A stretch of 64,000 nucleotides of DNA, from positions 21,390,163 through 21,454,162 of the forward strand of contig NC_068984.1 in NCBI RefSeq assembly GCF_001194135.2. The letters are read 5' to 3'. This stretch comes from Octopus bimaculoides (taxonomy: Eukaryota). The notes under the pieces were generated by a model. That model was not told the origin of the DNA. It ran no database searches and saw only the letters and a program-made list of their open reading frames with translations. Shown here piece after piece: positions 12,560 to 26,284 of this stretch (position 1 is its first letter; each line of letters starts with the position of its first letter). A program made the position numbers and the translations under genes.

Positions 12560-13430
12560 TGTCCCATTGGTTGCTGTTTGCACACCACTTGCCTTTCTGT
12601 GCTACCAATTATCTTCCATTTTTCTCAAACTATTCTGTATGACAGATTTTACGATTTATATTCTTCATTAACCCATATTAACCCACTGTCCTTGTTTGAG
12701 GACAGCTGTATTTGGTTTATTTACTGCAATAAAGGTTAACTGGATGTTTCCATATGTTTGTTGTCCCTATTTATATAACTATCTTCAAAATTTCGACAGG
12801 GTTAACCTGGGTTAAACTGGGTTAACCACTGGGATTGGAAAATTGAGCAAGAAGTTGTCTATGAAATTACTGTTTCTTTTGAAGTCTCAAATTGCTGCAT
12901 TATTATCTGCAAACAAGTCTGCAATTTTCTATGTTCTGAAACTAATAGGCGTTGATGCTGTTTCATAGACCTTGGGTTTAAAATCATTGTGGAAGTCTTC
13001 TTCCCCAAGGATGATGTTACTTACTGCATCTTGATAGTTTCAAGTGAAATAGGGGATGTTAAATTACTTTTGATTTTTTAGTAAGTGCTGGAAGTAAATA
13101 TCTAGATTTTGATTTCAAATGTAAGCCTACTTTGGCGCTTACAAGTCTATGGTCAGTCCAGCATTCTGTTCTGCTCATTGTCAGTACACTAAAAATGTCT
13201 TTTCAGTCAACTGTGCAGAATAGAACATATATACCCTCAATGCTGAAAAATGTGTTATTCTCCAGTTTCAGGTGACAAGAAATAAATCTTTCTGCTGTAG
13301 TACTTGGATATTCTTTAAGTGATGATGCAATTGTGTTTTTTTGTATCACAAAACCTACACCTGATTTATTACACTTTCCAAAACAATGTATATTCACTTC
13401 CGTCTTTAGTAAGTTGCTCTGCATCATGGA
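12560..13430 (-). mobile_element. RTE/BovB-like LINE endonuclease remnant
   Basis: SGVGFVIQ...ERFISCHLKL and ECWTDHRLV motifs. Confidence 0.75.
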
Positions 13431-13794
13431 AATATGTTTCAGACAGGGCTGTTACGTCAATGTTATATGTTCATACATATATCTTTTATCTTTTACTTGT
13501 TTCAGTCATTGGACTACAGCCATGCTGGAGCACTGCCTTAAAGAGTTTACTTTAACAAATCAACCTCAGCTCTTATTTCTTAAGTGTGGTACTTATTCTA
13601 TCAGTCTTTTTTGCTGAATAGCTAAGTTATGGGAACATAAGCAAACTAGCACCAGTTCTCAAGTGGTGGTGGGGGACAAGCACAGACATAAAAACACACA
13701 CCTATACACATAATGGCGGTGCCCCAGCATGGCCACAGCTCATGAGCTGAAACTAGATAAAATGAAAAAAATGAAAATATATGTATATATATTA

Positions 13795-14150
13795 GAGAGG
13801 AATGAAGTTGGTATGCTCCACTGGATGTGCAATGTCAGTGGGCATAAACTACAAAGTGCTGCTGTATTGAGAGAAAAGTTAGGGATAAAAGTAATTAGAT
13901 ATAGTTTGTAAGGGAGAAGGCTGTCATGGTTTGGTTATGTAATGCATATGAGTGAGAACAGCTGCATAAAGAAGTGCTGATTGCTTAAAGTGGATAGATT
14001 TTCTGGAGGAAGAAGACCCAGGAAGAGACAGAATGAAGTATTGAAGGTCAATCTCAGGATGTTGAGCCTTATGGAGGAGATGACAAAGGACTGAGATGAT
14101 TGGCATTTTGCTGTGCTCAAAAAGACCCAACCACCACAGCAGAAATGATA
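13795..14150 (+). mobile_element. RTE LINE 3' fragment
   Basis: ERNEVGMLHWMCNVS...LREKLGIK...WFGYVMHM...GRRPRK. Confidence 0.75.
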
Positions 14151-14739
14151 GCCTAAAACCACCTTGGTAATGCTTGTGTGTGTAAGTGTGTGTGGAGAGA
14201 TGTTGCCCCACCTTAACTCTTTCTGCCCCGTTAAGCATTTCCCCCCACCCATCTCATCCCCTAACACTCATCACTTCTCTATCTATGGCACTATTCTGTT
14301 GCTGTACTCACCTCAGAACAGAACAGGCTCATCCTACATCCCCTCCTTTTGGTTACCTTTCTCCTTACTTCATCCCTGGATCCGCTTCCATTTCTCATTA
14401 TCCTCCCTGCTCACTATTTCCACCAATCACTTCCTTTCTGAGGCTTCAACCATTGGTCTGTCTCCTCTGCTGTACTCTATCATAAACGACCACTCTTATC
14501 TGCTCTCAATCTCAATGTCCTCACATATCTACAATAGCCTCAACACCAAGCCATTCCTATATTTCTCACCATAACTTGCTGCATTCACTGCTACTCTTTT
14601 TCTAACCATCTCTCCTCACATTCTGATGAAACTTACGCTTCTATCACACCTGCCCACTCACCTTATTCAGTCCTCTGTACCATTTCACTTATATTCACCT
14701 CTCTTGAGAATAGGTCCCAACAACTCCACCTCCACCACC

Positions 14740-14838
14740 TCTCTATCTCTTCTCTCTCTCTATCTCTTCTCTCTCTCTATCTCTTCTCTCTCTCTATCTC
14801 TTCTCTCTCTCTATCTCTTCTCTCTCTCTATCTCTTCT
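14740..14838. repeat. 15-bp (CTCTCTCTATCTCTT)n minisatellite running into an N gap
   Basis: Read directly. Confidence 0.9.
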
Positions 14839-15677
14839 NNNNNNNNNNNNNNNNNNNNNNNNNNNNNNNNNNNNNNNNNNNNNNNNNNNNNNNNNNNNNN
14901 NNNNNNNNNNNNNNNNNNNNNNNNNNNNNNNNNNNNNNNNNNNNNNNNNNNNNNNNNNNNNNNNNNNNNNNNNNNNNNNNNNNNNNNNNNNNNNNNNNNN
15001 NNNNNNNNNNNNNNNNNNNNNNNNNNNNNNNNNNNNNNNNNNNNNNNNNNNNNNNNNNNNNNNNNNNNNNNNNNNNNNNNNNNNNNNNNNNNNNNNNNNN
15101 NNNNNNNNNNNNNNNNNNNNNNNNNNNNNNNNNNNNNNNNNNNNNNNNNNNNNNNNNNNNNNNNNNNNNNNNNNNNNNNNNNNNNNNNNNNNNNNNNNNN
15201 NNNNNNNNNNNNNNNNNNNNNNNNNNNNNNNNNNNNNNNNNNNNNNNNNNNNNNNNNNNNNNNNNNNNNNNNNNNNNNNNNNNNNNNNNNNNNNNNNNNN
15301 NNNNNNNNNNNNNNNNNNNNNNNNNNNNNNNNNNNNNNNNNNNNNNNNNNNNNNNNNNNNNNNNNNNNNNNNNNNNNNNNNNNNNNNNNNNNNNNNNNNN
15401 NNNNNNNNNNNNNNNNNNNNNNNNNNNNNNNNNNNNNNNNNNNNNNNNNNNNNNNNNNNNNNNNNNNNNNNNNNNNNNNNNNNNNNNNNNNNNNNNNNNN
15501 NNNNNNNNNNNNNNNNNNNNNNNNNNNNNNNNNNNNNNNNNNNNNNNNNNNNNNNNNNNNNNNNNNNNNNNNNNNNNNNNNNNNNNNNNNNNNNNNNNNN
15601 NNNNNNNNNNNNNNNNNNNNNNNNNNNNNNNNNNNNNGGTATATTTATCTATCTATATCTCTCTCTATCTCTCTCTT

Positions 15678-15708
<31 letters not shown>

Positions 15709-17984
15709 ATATATATACAAAGGTATATCTATATATATAGTCGTACAAATAACCCCAGGACTTATTCTTTGTGAGCCTAGTACTTATTCTATCGGTCTCT
15801 TTTGCCAAACCGCTAAATTATGGGGACATAAACACACCGACATCGGTTGTCAAGTGATGGTGGGAGGACAAACACAGACACAAACACACAAATGTCTGTT
15901 ATATGTGATATATATACATAAAACATGGTCGCAGTCTCAAGGCTGAAACATATAGAAAGAATAAAAGAATATATAGATATACATAATATATATACATGTA
16001 TACATATATACATAATATGAATATATATACATAATATATATATATATATATATACATATAATATATATACACAGAAAAACATATAATATATATAGCGTGA
16101 AAAAGTGCCACACCCTAACAGTTGAGGGAACCCGTGGAAGAGNNNNNNNNNNNNNNNNNNNNNNNNNNNNNNNNNNNNNNNNNNNNNNNNNNNNNNNNNN
16201 NNNNNNNNNNNNNNNNNNNNNNNNNNNNNNNNNNNNNNNNNNTGTGTGTGTTTGTGTGTGTTTGTGTGTCTATGTTTGTCTCACCACCATCACTCGACAA
16301 CCAGTGTTGTTGTGTTTTACGTCCCCGTAACTTAGCAGTGTGGCAAAAGAGACCGAAAGAATAAGTACTAAGCTCACAAAGAATAGGTCCTGGGGTTGAT
16401 TTGTCTGACTAAAGGCGGTGCTCCAGCATGGCCGCAGTCAAATGTCTGAAACAAATAAAAGAATATATGTGTGTACACCTATCTATCCATGTATATATGC
16501 ATGTGTGTGAGTGTGTATTGTGTGTGTATAGACACACACACACACACACATATCAGTATAATGCTGTACAAAATCTGCTACATTTGAGCAGAGCAACTTA
16601 TCTTCCCTTAAGCTACTATCCATTTTGTACTTCGTATACTTATGAGCTCCCTGAAATGAGCTCTAACCAAAAAACATGGGGTCAGTGTAATCAATAGAAA
16701 CTCTTAATGATAATGCCACAGTATGGCTGTAGTCTAGTAACTGAAGCTAATTAATGAATAAAAGTTCAAATTAATGAAACATCATCAATATTTATAGATA
16801 AGACAGATATGCACATTTGTTTATATGCAAGGAAAATCAAGATCAAATGCTTGTAGATGTTATGTCTTTTAAGTTCTATGTAGGAGAACATAAAAGAGCT
16901 GAATCCTACCGTTTTTATATGATTTAATTACATGTATTGTTGTCATTGTTGTCATCATCATCATCATCATCATCATCATAATCCTTGTTGTCATAGTTGC
17001 CACCACCACCACCACTACCATACTCCTCCTCTTCCTCCTCCGCCGCTGCCGCCTCCTCCTCCTCCTCCGCCTCCTCCTCCTCCTCCTTATCATCATCTCA
17101 CATACTACTCTGCCTCTGGAACTGCTACCAAATCCACATCTATCCCCTCCTCCTTCTCCTACTTTTAACCCCCACCTTTTCCACCTCTTCATCATCATCA
17201 TTAATTATCAGTGTTGTCGTAGTCAGCAGCACCACCACAACCACAACCACTATCATCATCACTATCATCATCCTCATTACCATTACTGTTGTTAACAATT
17301 TACATCTGTGTTTCAGTACTGGTATGTGTTAGATGGTTCTCACTGTGTCTTGCCATCTATCACAGTTCTTAGTTATCCGACAAACATGATGTTGTGTATA
17401 TCTCTTATTTCTCTTTCTCCTTTCCTTTTTTTGCTTGGCTTTTATGACCAGATATGCTTCCTACATACCAGCAGCCTTCAGATGCAGTTTCATGCCTTAC
17501 CCAAGACCAATAGTGTATCTATAATTACATTATCTCTGTATCCGTGTGTCCTATTTTTAAGATGGTAGCCTCATTATTGGTTCTATGTTGTTGTCCTGAA
17601 CAAACCTATGTCACCAGTACTAGACTTGTTGTCTATGGTAAATGTCTCCTCAAACTTGTACATCTTAGAGGGGTGCTTTTAACTTATGATAGAGTTGCAG
17701 GGGCACCATCATGGGTTATGACATGTCTTAGGTATTTTATACTTTGTGAAGCCCATCCCTCTCTGAATCTCAATTCAGACAATTTCTTGCACACACAATG
17801 AGAGAGAGGTGGGGAGAGATAAAACAACCCAGTACTGGACTGATGTTTTACTGGAAGGATGAAAATCAGAGTTGACCTCACAGGGATTTGAACTCAGAGT
17901 ACAGAATGGGAGATGACTAGTGCAAAGTATTTTATCTGATGTACTAAGGACTCTACCAGCTTGCCATCTATAATTTGTTGCTAT

Positions 17985-18452
17985 TCTTTTGTTCTTGCAC
18001 TTGTTCCATCATTAGACTGCAATCACGCTGGGGCACAGCCTTGAAGGGTTTTAGTTGAACAAATCGACCCCAGGACTTGTTTTTTTAAAGCCTAATACTT
18101 ATTCTATCGGGCTCTTTTTCTGAACTGCTAAGTTATGGGGACATAAATACACCAATACCAGTTATCAAATGGTGATGGGAGGACACACACACACACACAC
18201 ACACACACTCATACACACACACACACACACACAGACATACACACACATGCACACGCATACAGACACACAGACACACAGACACACATACACACAACACCCT
18301 TTCAGTTTCTGTGTACCAAATCCACACACAAGGATTTGGTTGGCCCAAGGCTATAGTAGAAGACAACTGCCCAGATGCCATGCAGTGGGACTGAACCTAG
18401 AACCATGTGGTTGGGAAGCAAGCTTCTCACCACACAGCTACACCTGCTATGA
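17985..18452 (-). mobile_element. Composite tRNA-headed SINE (head + internal microsatellite + tail), intact copy
   Basis: A-box-like TAGCTGTGTGG and B-box-like GGTTCAGTCCC head, (GT)n linker, tail ending ...cagtctaatga. Other copies at ~895-2460 (split), 43725-44050, 52620-53305, 53350-53820, 60630-61187; half copies at 12330-12545, 13485-13710, 15745-15890, 16243-16460, 23140-23330, 32215-32370. Confidence 0.85.
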
Positions 18453-21400
18453 TAAACTTATTCCAGTCATTCACTCCTTATAGAGTCAAGGCTGTCAATG
18501 ACTTTTCTCCACAGTTCTTGGCTCTGGTCAGTCTTTCCTGCTTCTTTCCAGTTGGATCACCACTTCTTTCCAGTTGGATCACTATGATTGATACTAGCTG
18601 AAGACACAGCACATGAAGATTGAAAGAAAGATACTCTACTCCTTTGGTTATAGGGTTACTGAATCAGGACTGACCTGGAGCAAGACCCTTGAACAAGACC
18701 AAAGCCATCATATACAGGAATACCTTTCTAAACAGTGTTGCATAAAGTCTGCTCATGCAACAGAAGCTATGTCTTAATTTTAAATAATATTAAAGTAAAA
18801 CTTCTAGAATAGAATGAAAACAGTCAGTTTATTTTTGTATTTTGGGATGGTCATTTTATTTTTATTTATATTTGTCTTGTAGATAAAAAAATGCTTGTGA
18901 CAAATCTCAACCACAATTATGCTATAGTTAAGCAAGCAAGCTTTACTTACTAATTAAAACATCTCAATATAACTATGCATTATGCTAATGGCATAATGCA
19001 TAGTTATGACAAGCTGTCTCAAGATCAATAAGGGAGCCACTATGTAGGCACTCAATCTTTTTAAAAATAGCAGCCAAATTCCAATCAAATCACACCCAGT
19101 TATCTCAGAAAGCAGATGGAATAATTATGACTACAACTCCTTTGATCATAAGTTTACTTAATCTGGTTTGATTTAAGGTTGGTAAACACTATCAACATCA
19201 ACAACAACAACAACAACATGGTGTAAACTAATATGCTGAAAATTTTCTTTTATATCAAACAAAGGGTCAGTCTCAAAATGTTTGATTCCTCTTCCCTTCA
19301 TAGCAAATGAACTCAGGAACATCACTGTATAACTTGCCATACAGTTCAACCCCCACCTCCCCCCTCAGTTTATTTGCTTTTACTTACATGTCCATCACAT
19401 ACCAGCAAATCTGCATTTGCTGCATTCCTCCCTTCCTTCCTTGGGCTCTCATCTCCACATGGTGTCCCTGGGGTGCAGTTGTGACACACACCCTGTTGTG
19501 GGTATTTTAAACCTGACATAGCCCATCTCTTTCCAAGTCTGATCACAGATGATTTCTTTCAGAGGGACAGGGAAAGAAGGAGAAAAAGAAGAAGCAGTAG
19601 TTGCTCTAATAGTAGTAGTAGTAGTAGTAGTAGTAGTAGAAGTGGTGGTGGTGGTGGTGGTGGTAGTTAACTGAAATCTAAATGATGGGAAATGTCACTG
19701 TTATTTATTTATTCAGAAACTAGCAGATTCCAGTGATCAACAATAACAACAACAACAACAACATGGTGATAATAGTAAGTAATGGTTTCTTTTATTTGCA
19801 ATAAAGGCCTGAGATATTGGATACAGTACGAAGGTGAGATACAAAAGAAAACAATATATAAAAGTGAATTGAGTTTTACATTGAATAAAAGAGTGATTTC
19901 AGTAGTAACAATAAAATCCCCCCTCCTCCTCCTTCTCCTCCTCCTCCTCCTCCTCCTCATCATCATCATCATCATCACCATCAACATTTGTCATCTGTTT
20001 TCTATGCTGGTATGGGTTGGACAGTTCAACAAGAAATGACAAGTCAAAAGATTGCACCAAGCCCTGCTGTCTGTTTTGGCATGGTTTCTTATAGCTGGAT
20101 GTCCTTCCTAATGTCAAACCACTTTATAGTTTATGTGTGGTGTCAGCAGCAGGGAAGTCACCAGGTAACTTGAAAGACAAAAGCCCTCAAAAAACGAAGT
20201 GGGGGATTATTGAGGAACAGACAAAAAAATGTCTTGCGTTAAAAAGTTAACAAGGCTGCTTCAAGCAGGAAGAGAGTGGAGGGAGTGAAAGAAGCGAGAG
20301 AGAGAGAGAAGATGCAAAGGTGTGATGGAGAGTGGTCTAGGGATTGGAGAGGGTATGCAGTAATTAATAAATAATAATGGTTTTAAGAATATAGAACAAC
20401 CTCCAGAATGTTGCCAACTACCTTTATTTCCAATGTGTTTGATGCCATAAAGCTGACATTGTGTACATATATAGACACAGCTCTTTGTCTCAATTTAAAC
20501 AGGATATCCCTCAATGTCTCCAGTCTCCACAACAATGGTTCCAGCACCAAAACACACAGAAAAGATAAGTGGGAGTATCTTTGATAACCCATTGGAAAAG
20601 AAATAAACAATTTGGATACCATAGTCCAATATATTTTCAAAGAAAGATAGGATGAACATGACTAGAATATTATTAACCATGGATCTATTCAATAAATGTC
20701 GACCTGGGGCTAAATTGCAAAGAGTTTGCTGTGGGCGTATGAAAAATTTGCTTCTGTACAAATGTTGTCTTTCTTTGCAAAGTAAGAGAGCATCCATGCA
20801 AGTAACCATCTTCAATTATAAAAAATTCGATTTCATCTTGAAAATCTTGTGTGCTCATTTTGTTTTGCGTTTATTGTTTCTTGTGTGCATTAGTTGTAAA
20901 ATATGTGTGTGCATGCACAAATACACGGCTTAGCAGAAACATTGGTCTACAGAAAACTAGATGGGTCGAGCCATTGTGAATTATGTCTTGGCCATGACAA
21001 TGCAGTACTGGTAATAAGATATGAGTCAATATAATAAGCACCAATAATATCCTGAGATTGATTCCATTGACTAAACTATTTCTCTGTGAAAACTTCTCTC
21101 TATGTCAAAGTAAAGAATCAATAATTAAGGTCATAGACAGTAAAAATGGCCAATACAATGAAACCAGACAAAATGCATTACAGTATTTAGTTTTGTTTCA
21201 TTCAGTTAAGTGTTCATATCATCTAAGATTCATTACACAAACACCTAGAATCTACCATCAGTACCTATAATCTACTAACGTCAATTAAATATGCTATACT
21301 CTAACTCTATAAATTATTGGTTATAGGAGGCTCTAAAACATTGAGTTGGGGAACAGAATAGGGAAATTTTAGAATAGATGTGAAGATATATAATTTATAT

Positions 21401-21677
21401 TTGGCAGATAGATTTTCAAGTGATGCCATTCATTAAATTTAGCATTCCTTGAGTTGGTATTACTACCTATTGTTCTGCATCAGATCTCTTTTATAATCCA
21501 ATAGTCAAAATAAATTTTAAAGCAAGATATTTCTATCATTAACTACTGCTAAATTTGGCAATGTTTGCTCTTCAGAATTGTTTTTATTTCTTCCCTGTTG
21601 GAAGTGTCTGTAAGTGCTACCTATTATTTCTGACCTCAAAGCATTGATTATATTAAGTTTATATAACAAAGTAACTA

Positions 21678-21696
21678 TCAGACAGTTTGCAAAATC
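21678..21696 (-). CDS. Possible alternative last coding exon of the NOXRED1-like gene (E-ILQTV*)
   Basis: Good acceptor tacttttgttcttcacag|G. It would be used if the GA|gtaagc donor at 23877/23876 (overlapping the exon 5 stop) is spliced. Followed by repeat-free AT-rich UTR-like sequence. No transcript evidence. Confidence 0.3.
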
Positions 21697-21900
21697 CTGT
21701 GAAGAACAAAAGTACACTGATAGAACAAATATAATTTCTGTAGACTGGATAAAAACCATTTTTAGATTTAGATGACCTAAATCTTTAAATCTTTAAACTT
21801 TGAGAAAATAAATTTGTATTTTCACCAAATGTTATAAATTATCAAACATTTTAGATTCATTCAGTATATCTACTCCATAACTCTTGTCATATATAAACGT

Positions 21901-21931
<31 letters not shown>

Positions 21932-22171
21932 GCTTCATCATCATTTTAAGACCACTTTTTTGTGTTTCCATAGATCAGACAGAGTTTGTTGAGTCAGGTT
22001 TCCTATGGCTGGATTCCATTCTTGTCACTGACCTTCGTCTGTTTTCAAGTAAGGTAATATTTCGTGTAGCCAGACATGTTTCCAGAGATGACTGGAAGTA
22101 AAGGACATTGCTTGCATGACAATGATACTTGTTTACAACAATCATGCCATGTCTAAGCAAGATGACAACAT

Positions 22172-22212
<41 letters not shown>

Positions 22213-22507
22213 TTCTTTTCTACTCTAGGCACAAGGCTCGAAATTTTGGGAGAGGAGGCTAGTCGAATAGATCGACCCCAGTACGCAACTGGTACTTAAT
22301 TTATCAGCCCCGAAAGGATGAAAGGCAAAGTCGACCTCAGCAGAATTTGAACTTAGAACATAAAGACAGACATAATGCCATTAAGCATTTTGCCCAGCCT
22401 ACTAACGTTTCTGTCAGCTTGCCGCCTTCGCACACACACACACACATATATATATATATACACATATGATGGGCTTCATTCAGTTTTCGTCTACCGCATC
22501 CACTCAA

Positions 22508-22657
22508 AACTCAAACATATCAGTGATCTTCAGTTTCTCCTTTACACAAAATGTTACCAATACATTCCATCATTTGTTTCCTCAGATACTTTAATAATTT
22601 GTATTATTTTAATCATCACCCCTCACTTTGAGCTTAGACCTTTGTCAAAATCTTCAA
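22508..22657 (-). repeat. 150-bp duplicate of the NOXRED1 exon 4 / intron 4 junction (source 27170-27319)
   Basis: Ungapped hand alignment 112/150 identical; sits inside a SINE head. Confidence 0.85.
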
Positions 22658-23872
22658 AGGAGACATTTGCTCAAGGTGCCACACAGTGAGGCTGAACCTC
22701 AAATCCTGTTGTTGGGAAGCAAACTTCTCAACTACACAGCCAAGCCTGCACCTATATTGCATGTCTGTAATATGTAAAAGGCACCTATGCCGGTGACACA
22801 CAAAAAGGCACCTGTGCTGGCGACACACAAAAGGGCACCCATGCTGGTGTTACAAAAGACATCTAGTACACTCGGTAAAACACTTGGCATTAGGAAGGGC
22901 ATCCAGCCATAGAAACCAAGCTAAAGCATATGACTGGAGCTTGGCGCAGCTCTCTAGCTTATCAGCTCCAGTCAAATCCTCTAACCCATGCCAACATGGA
23001 AAACAGATGTTAAATGATGATGCACACATGTGCTTGTGTGTGTGTGTGTGTGTGTAATGAATTTCTGTAATGTTTCTGTCAACCAAATTTATACCTGAGA
23101 CTAGAACAGTAGGATCAAACTCAGACTCACATGTTTGTAAAGCAAACTTCTTGGTGTGTCAGTATGGTTCAGAAGTTTGCTTCCTAACCACATGATTTCT
23201 GGTTCAGTCCCAATGTATGGCACCTTGAGCAAGTATCTTCTACTATAACCCCAGGCTTGTGAGTGGATTTGGTAGGTGGAAACTAAAAGAATCCCATTAT
23301 ACATTTGTGTGTGTTTGTGTGAGTTTGCATTTTCCTTGTTTTTACTGGTTTGTTAATAATGACTTCTTGATGGTATCATATGATTGAAGTCCACCACAAA
23401 AACATATCCAGGTTATTTGATATGTCTTGACATGTCTGATTTTGTAAAAAAAAAAAAAAGAAAGGACTCATGAACATGGGATCAGTTGTTTCCTGCTCTC
23501 TACATAAAACATGTCCAAGGTGTTTGATATTTGATAGACTACGAGATGATTACCCAACTTGGAAACAAGAAGGGTTTGACATCAGGAAGGGTTTCTGACT
23601 GTAGAGCCTCTGCTGCAGTGTACTTACATGTAACCCATGCAAACATGGAAAAGTAGGCATTAAAGAAGATGATGTTTATGATGGATGATGGAAGATGCTG
23701 GTTTTATATTGTCTGAAGATTGTCAGATATGGAAATGGTTGTCATGATATGTTAACCTATACATCAAAAATACCACGATGTATGTATGTATGTGTGTGTG
23801 TGTCTGTGTGTGTGCATGCGTGCATGTAAAGTTCGTACCATTTTCAAGCTGTTATCTTAATTCTTATGATGC

Positions 23873-24050
23873 TTACTCAATCGTCAAACTTCTCTTGATG
23901 TCATGCCACTCAGCTCCCTTTTTACAAGTAGGTACATAACAATATTGCATAAATGCCTTAACGAATCCCATTTGAAGATTACTGCTTTTCTTCACTTTCC
24001 TAAGCAGGGTAGCTACATTATTTTGCGTTTTAAAGATGCTGACAATATAA
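23873..24050 (-). CDS. NOXRED1: NOXRED1-like coding exon 5 with stop (S-YIVSIFKTQNNVATLLRKVKKSSNLQMGFVKAFMQYCYVPTCKKGAEWHDIKRSLTIE*)
   Basis: Acceptor polypyrimidine tract ...ttttgcag|T in phase 2 (AG+T = Ser); TAA at 23875-23873. Five exons sum to 1086 nt = 361 aa + stop, close to the length I recall for vertebrate NOXRED1. Confidence 0.75.
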
Positions 24051-24179
24051 CTGCAAAAAGAAAATAAATGAATGAATGTATTTAGGTTACTCAAAATGAT
24101 TTGCTTAAAGTTTATGGCAGTAATCTAAAGGCTTCATGAACTAATCAAAAGTAGAAGAAACACTTTATAGAATGCCATG

Positions 24180-25560
24180 ATTCAATGTTGATCAGTATTG
24201 TTATGGACATCCTTCGATAATTGAAGAAAGCTATGGGTTAGTGAAAATATAAACTGGAGCAGATGCAAAGTTCACAATTAGAAACATTGCATCTGAGTTG
24301 AACATAAGCAAAAGTTCTGGTCAACAAATACTCCACGGCCATCTGAAGATGAATAATATCAGCAGGAGATGGATTTCCTCTCTTTTTGATAATTATAATA
24401 TTTCATCCATGAATAAAAGTAGTGTTGGGCAACATATTAGCATTTTTCAAATTGTGATCTTCAAAAATATTTCTCAATAACTGTTGCCAGTGATGAGATA
24501 TGGTTCTGCAGATACAATAAGGTAAACATATTCAGGCAAGTGATAATTTTACCCCTTTGAAGCCAACCCCACTGAGACTACTCCTAGTTCTATGATATAA
24601 ACTTCCTGTTTTAAAGTGATTTGGATTAGAACCTCCCCTCAAAATTTTTATGTTCCGTATTTGATGGTATATAAGACATATTTTTTGCAAAAAAAAAAAA
24701 CAGTCTCAAAAAATCACCCCAACTTTTCCTCCATGCGAAGTTGGGCCTACATTACATGCTTTATTGCACTAAAAACTTATTCCTGGATATGTCCTACAGA
24801 AATGAGGATCTGTCTAATATGCTCATGAGTCTTTTATGCCATCAGATATGGTAATTTATGTTCCAAGCTCCAGCTTAATATTTCTTTCAACTATATTTCT
24901 TGAGTGCAAATCCTAACTCAACCTCTTTTAGTCGACTCCTATGACACAGAGAGGGAATGTTCAGTTTCTTCTTTGATATGCCATCCTCACACAACAACAC
25001 ACAAGCTTAATGATGGCAGTTATTTCACTAAATTCTTCATTCTTTTAAAATTTAATACAAACAAAGGCATTGTATTCCATCAGAAATATAGCAATGAAAG
25101 GGTTCTGTATTCCATCAAACCATTAACAACATATTCAGTTTGAACCAAGGTAATAGCAAGTATTTTTTACAATCCCAAAGGATGTTATTCCTATTGAATA
25201 TCTCAATGAAAGTGAAACTATGAAAGGTCAACATTAAGTGACAGCAATTAATATGCTAAGAATTAGAATTCAACAAATAACGGGCAAAATTAACAAGTGG
25301 AATTTTGTTTCATCATAACAATGCACCAGCAATAGCAGTTTTATTTGCGCTAAACTGATTTGTCAAAATCATTTCACAATTCTTCCCCAACTAACCTTAT
25401 AGGTTTAACTTTAAAAATATGGTTTGGATCTCCTCTCTAAGCTCAAAAGAAGTTTAAAGGGACATCATTAGATAATCATTACAAAAGTTGAAGAAGCATT
25501 TGAAAATGCCATTGCAATAGAAAAACAGTAAGACTTTTTCACATCTGCTTTTCATAAAAA
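24180..25560 (+). mobile_element. Highly degenerate mariner remnant interrupted by other sequence (~24560-25160)
   Basis: TIRNIASELNISKSSGQQILHGHLKM...WI; ASDEIW; FHHNNAP; LK..LKG motifs. Confidence 0.6.
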
Positions 25561-25722
25561 TTGTAAATGGATGGAGAAATGCAAAAACTTTGCCTTTCAT
25601 CTTTTCAGTGTTGTTCAAATAAAAGTACCAGCCTAGTACCAGGGCTGATGGCATTGACTAATTCCCTACTTTCAAAATGGTCAGCATTGTGCCTAAATCA
25701 GAAACAATTATTATTATTATTA

Positions 25723-25762
<40 letters not shown>

Positions 25763-25769
25763 GTGATTA

Positions 25770-26220
25770 TAACTCACAGCTTATTTTGCTGGGTATGATG
25801 GAAAGTGTCAGCTGTCCACAGCCATCAGACTAAGGTGACACTTGTTTACTGGTCATGCTTCAAGAACCCTGCGAAGAATTCTTGCAGTTCCCAGCAATGC
25901 TGACTTTTGTAGGTGTTCTACCTTCACACTTGCACCAATCTTTTTCAGCCATGTTGGTAGCTGAGTGCTGATAATTCCAAGTGACCCAATTACTATTGGT
26001 ATCACATCTACTCTCTTCATTGACCACAACCTTCATATTTCCCACTTTAAATCGTCATAGTTGTTTACTTTTTCTTCTTCTTCTTTCACATTGATCCTGT
26101 TGTCACCAGGGGCATGCTATGTCGATAATCATACATGTTCTTTCTTATTTATTCACCACAACGTTTGGTTTCTTATGTCTGGTCAGGTGATTGCACTGGA
26201 TCACTACATCCCACAGGATT
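25770..26220 (-). mobile_element. Dong/R4-like LINE, 3' endonuclease copy 2
   Basis: KILWDVVIQCNHLTRHKKPNVVV...IIDIACP; (TAA)n on both sides. Confidence 0.8.
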
Positions 26221-26284
26221 TTGCAGTTCATCATTATTATTATTATTATTATTATGATTATTATTAATTTCTCTTTATCACAGG

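Noticed and set aside
22780-22850. Three ~26-bp repeats that look like a small array (also 39141-39816 and 49140-49460)
   Set aside because: Contiguous diverged tandem units with no unique spacers, in a eukaryotic context; not CRISPR.
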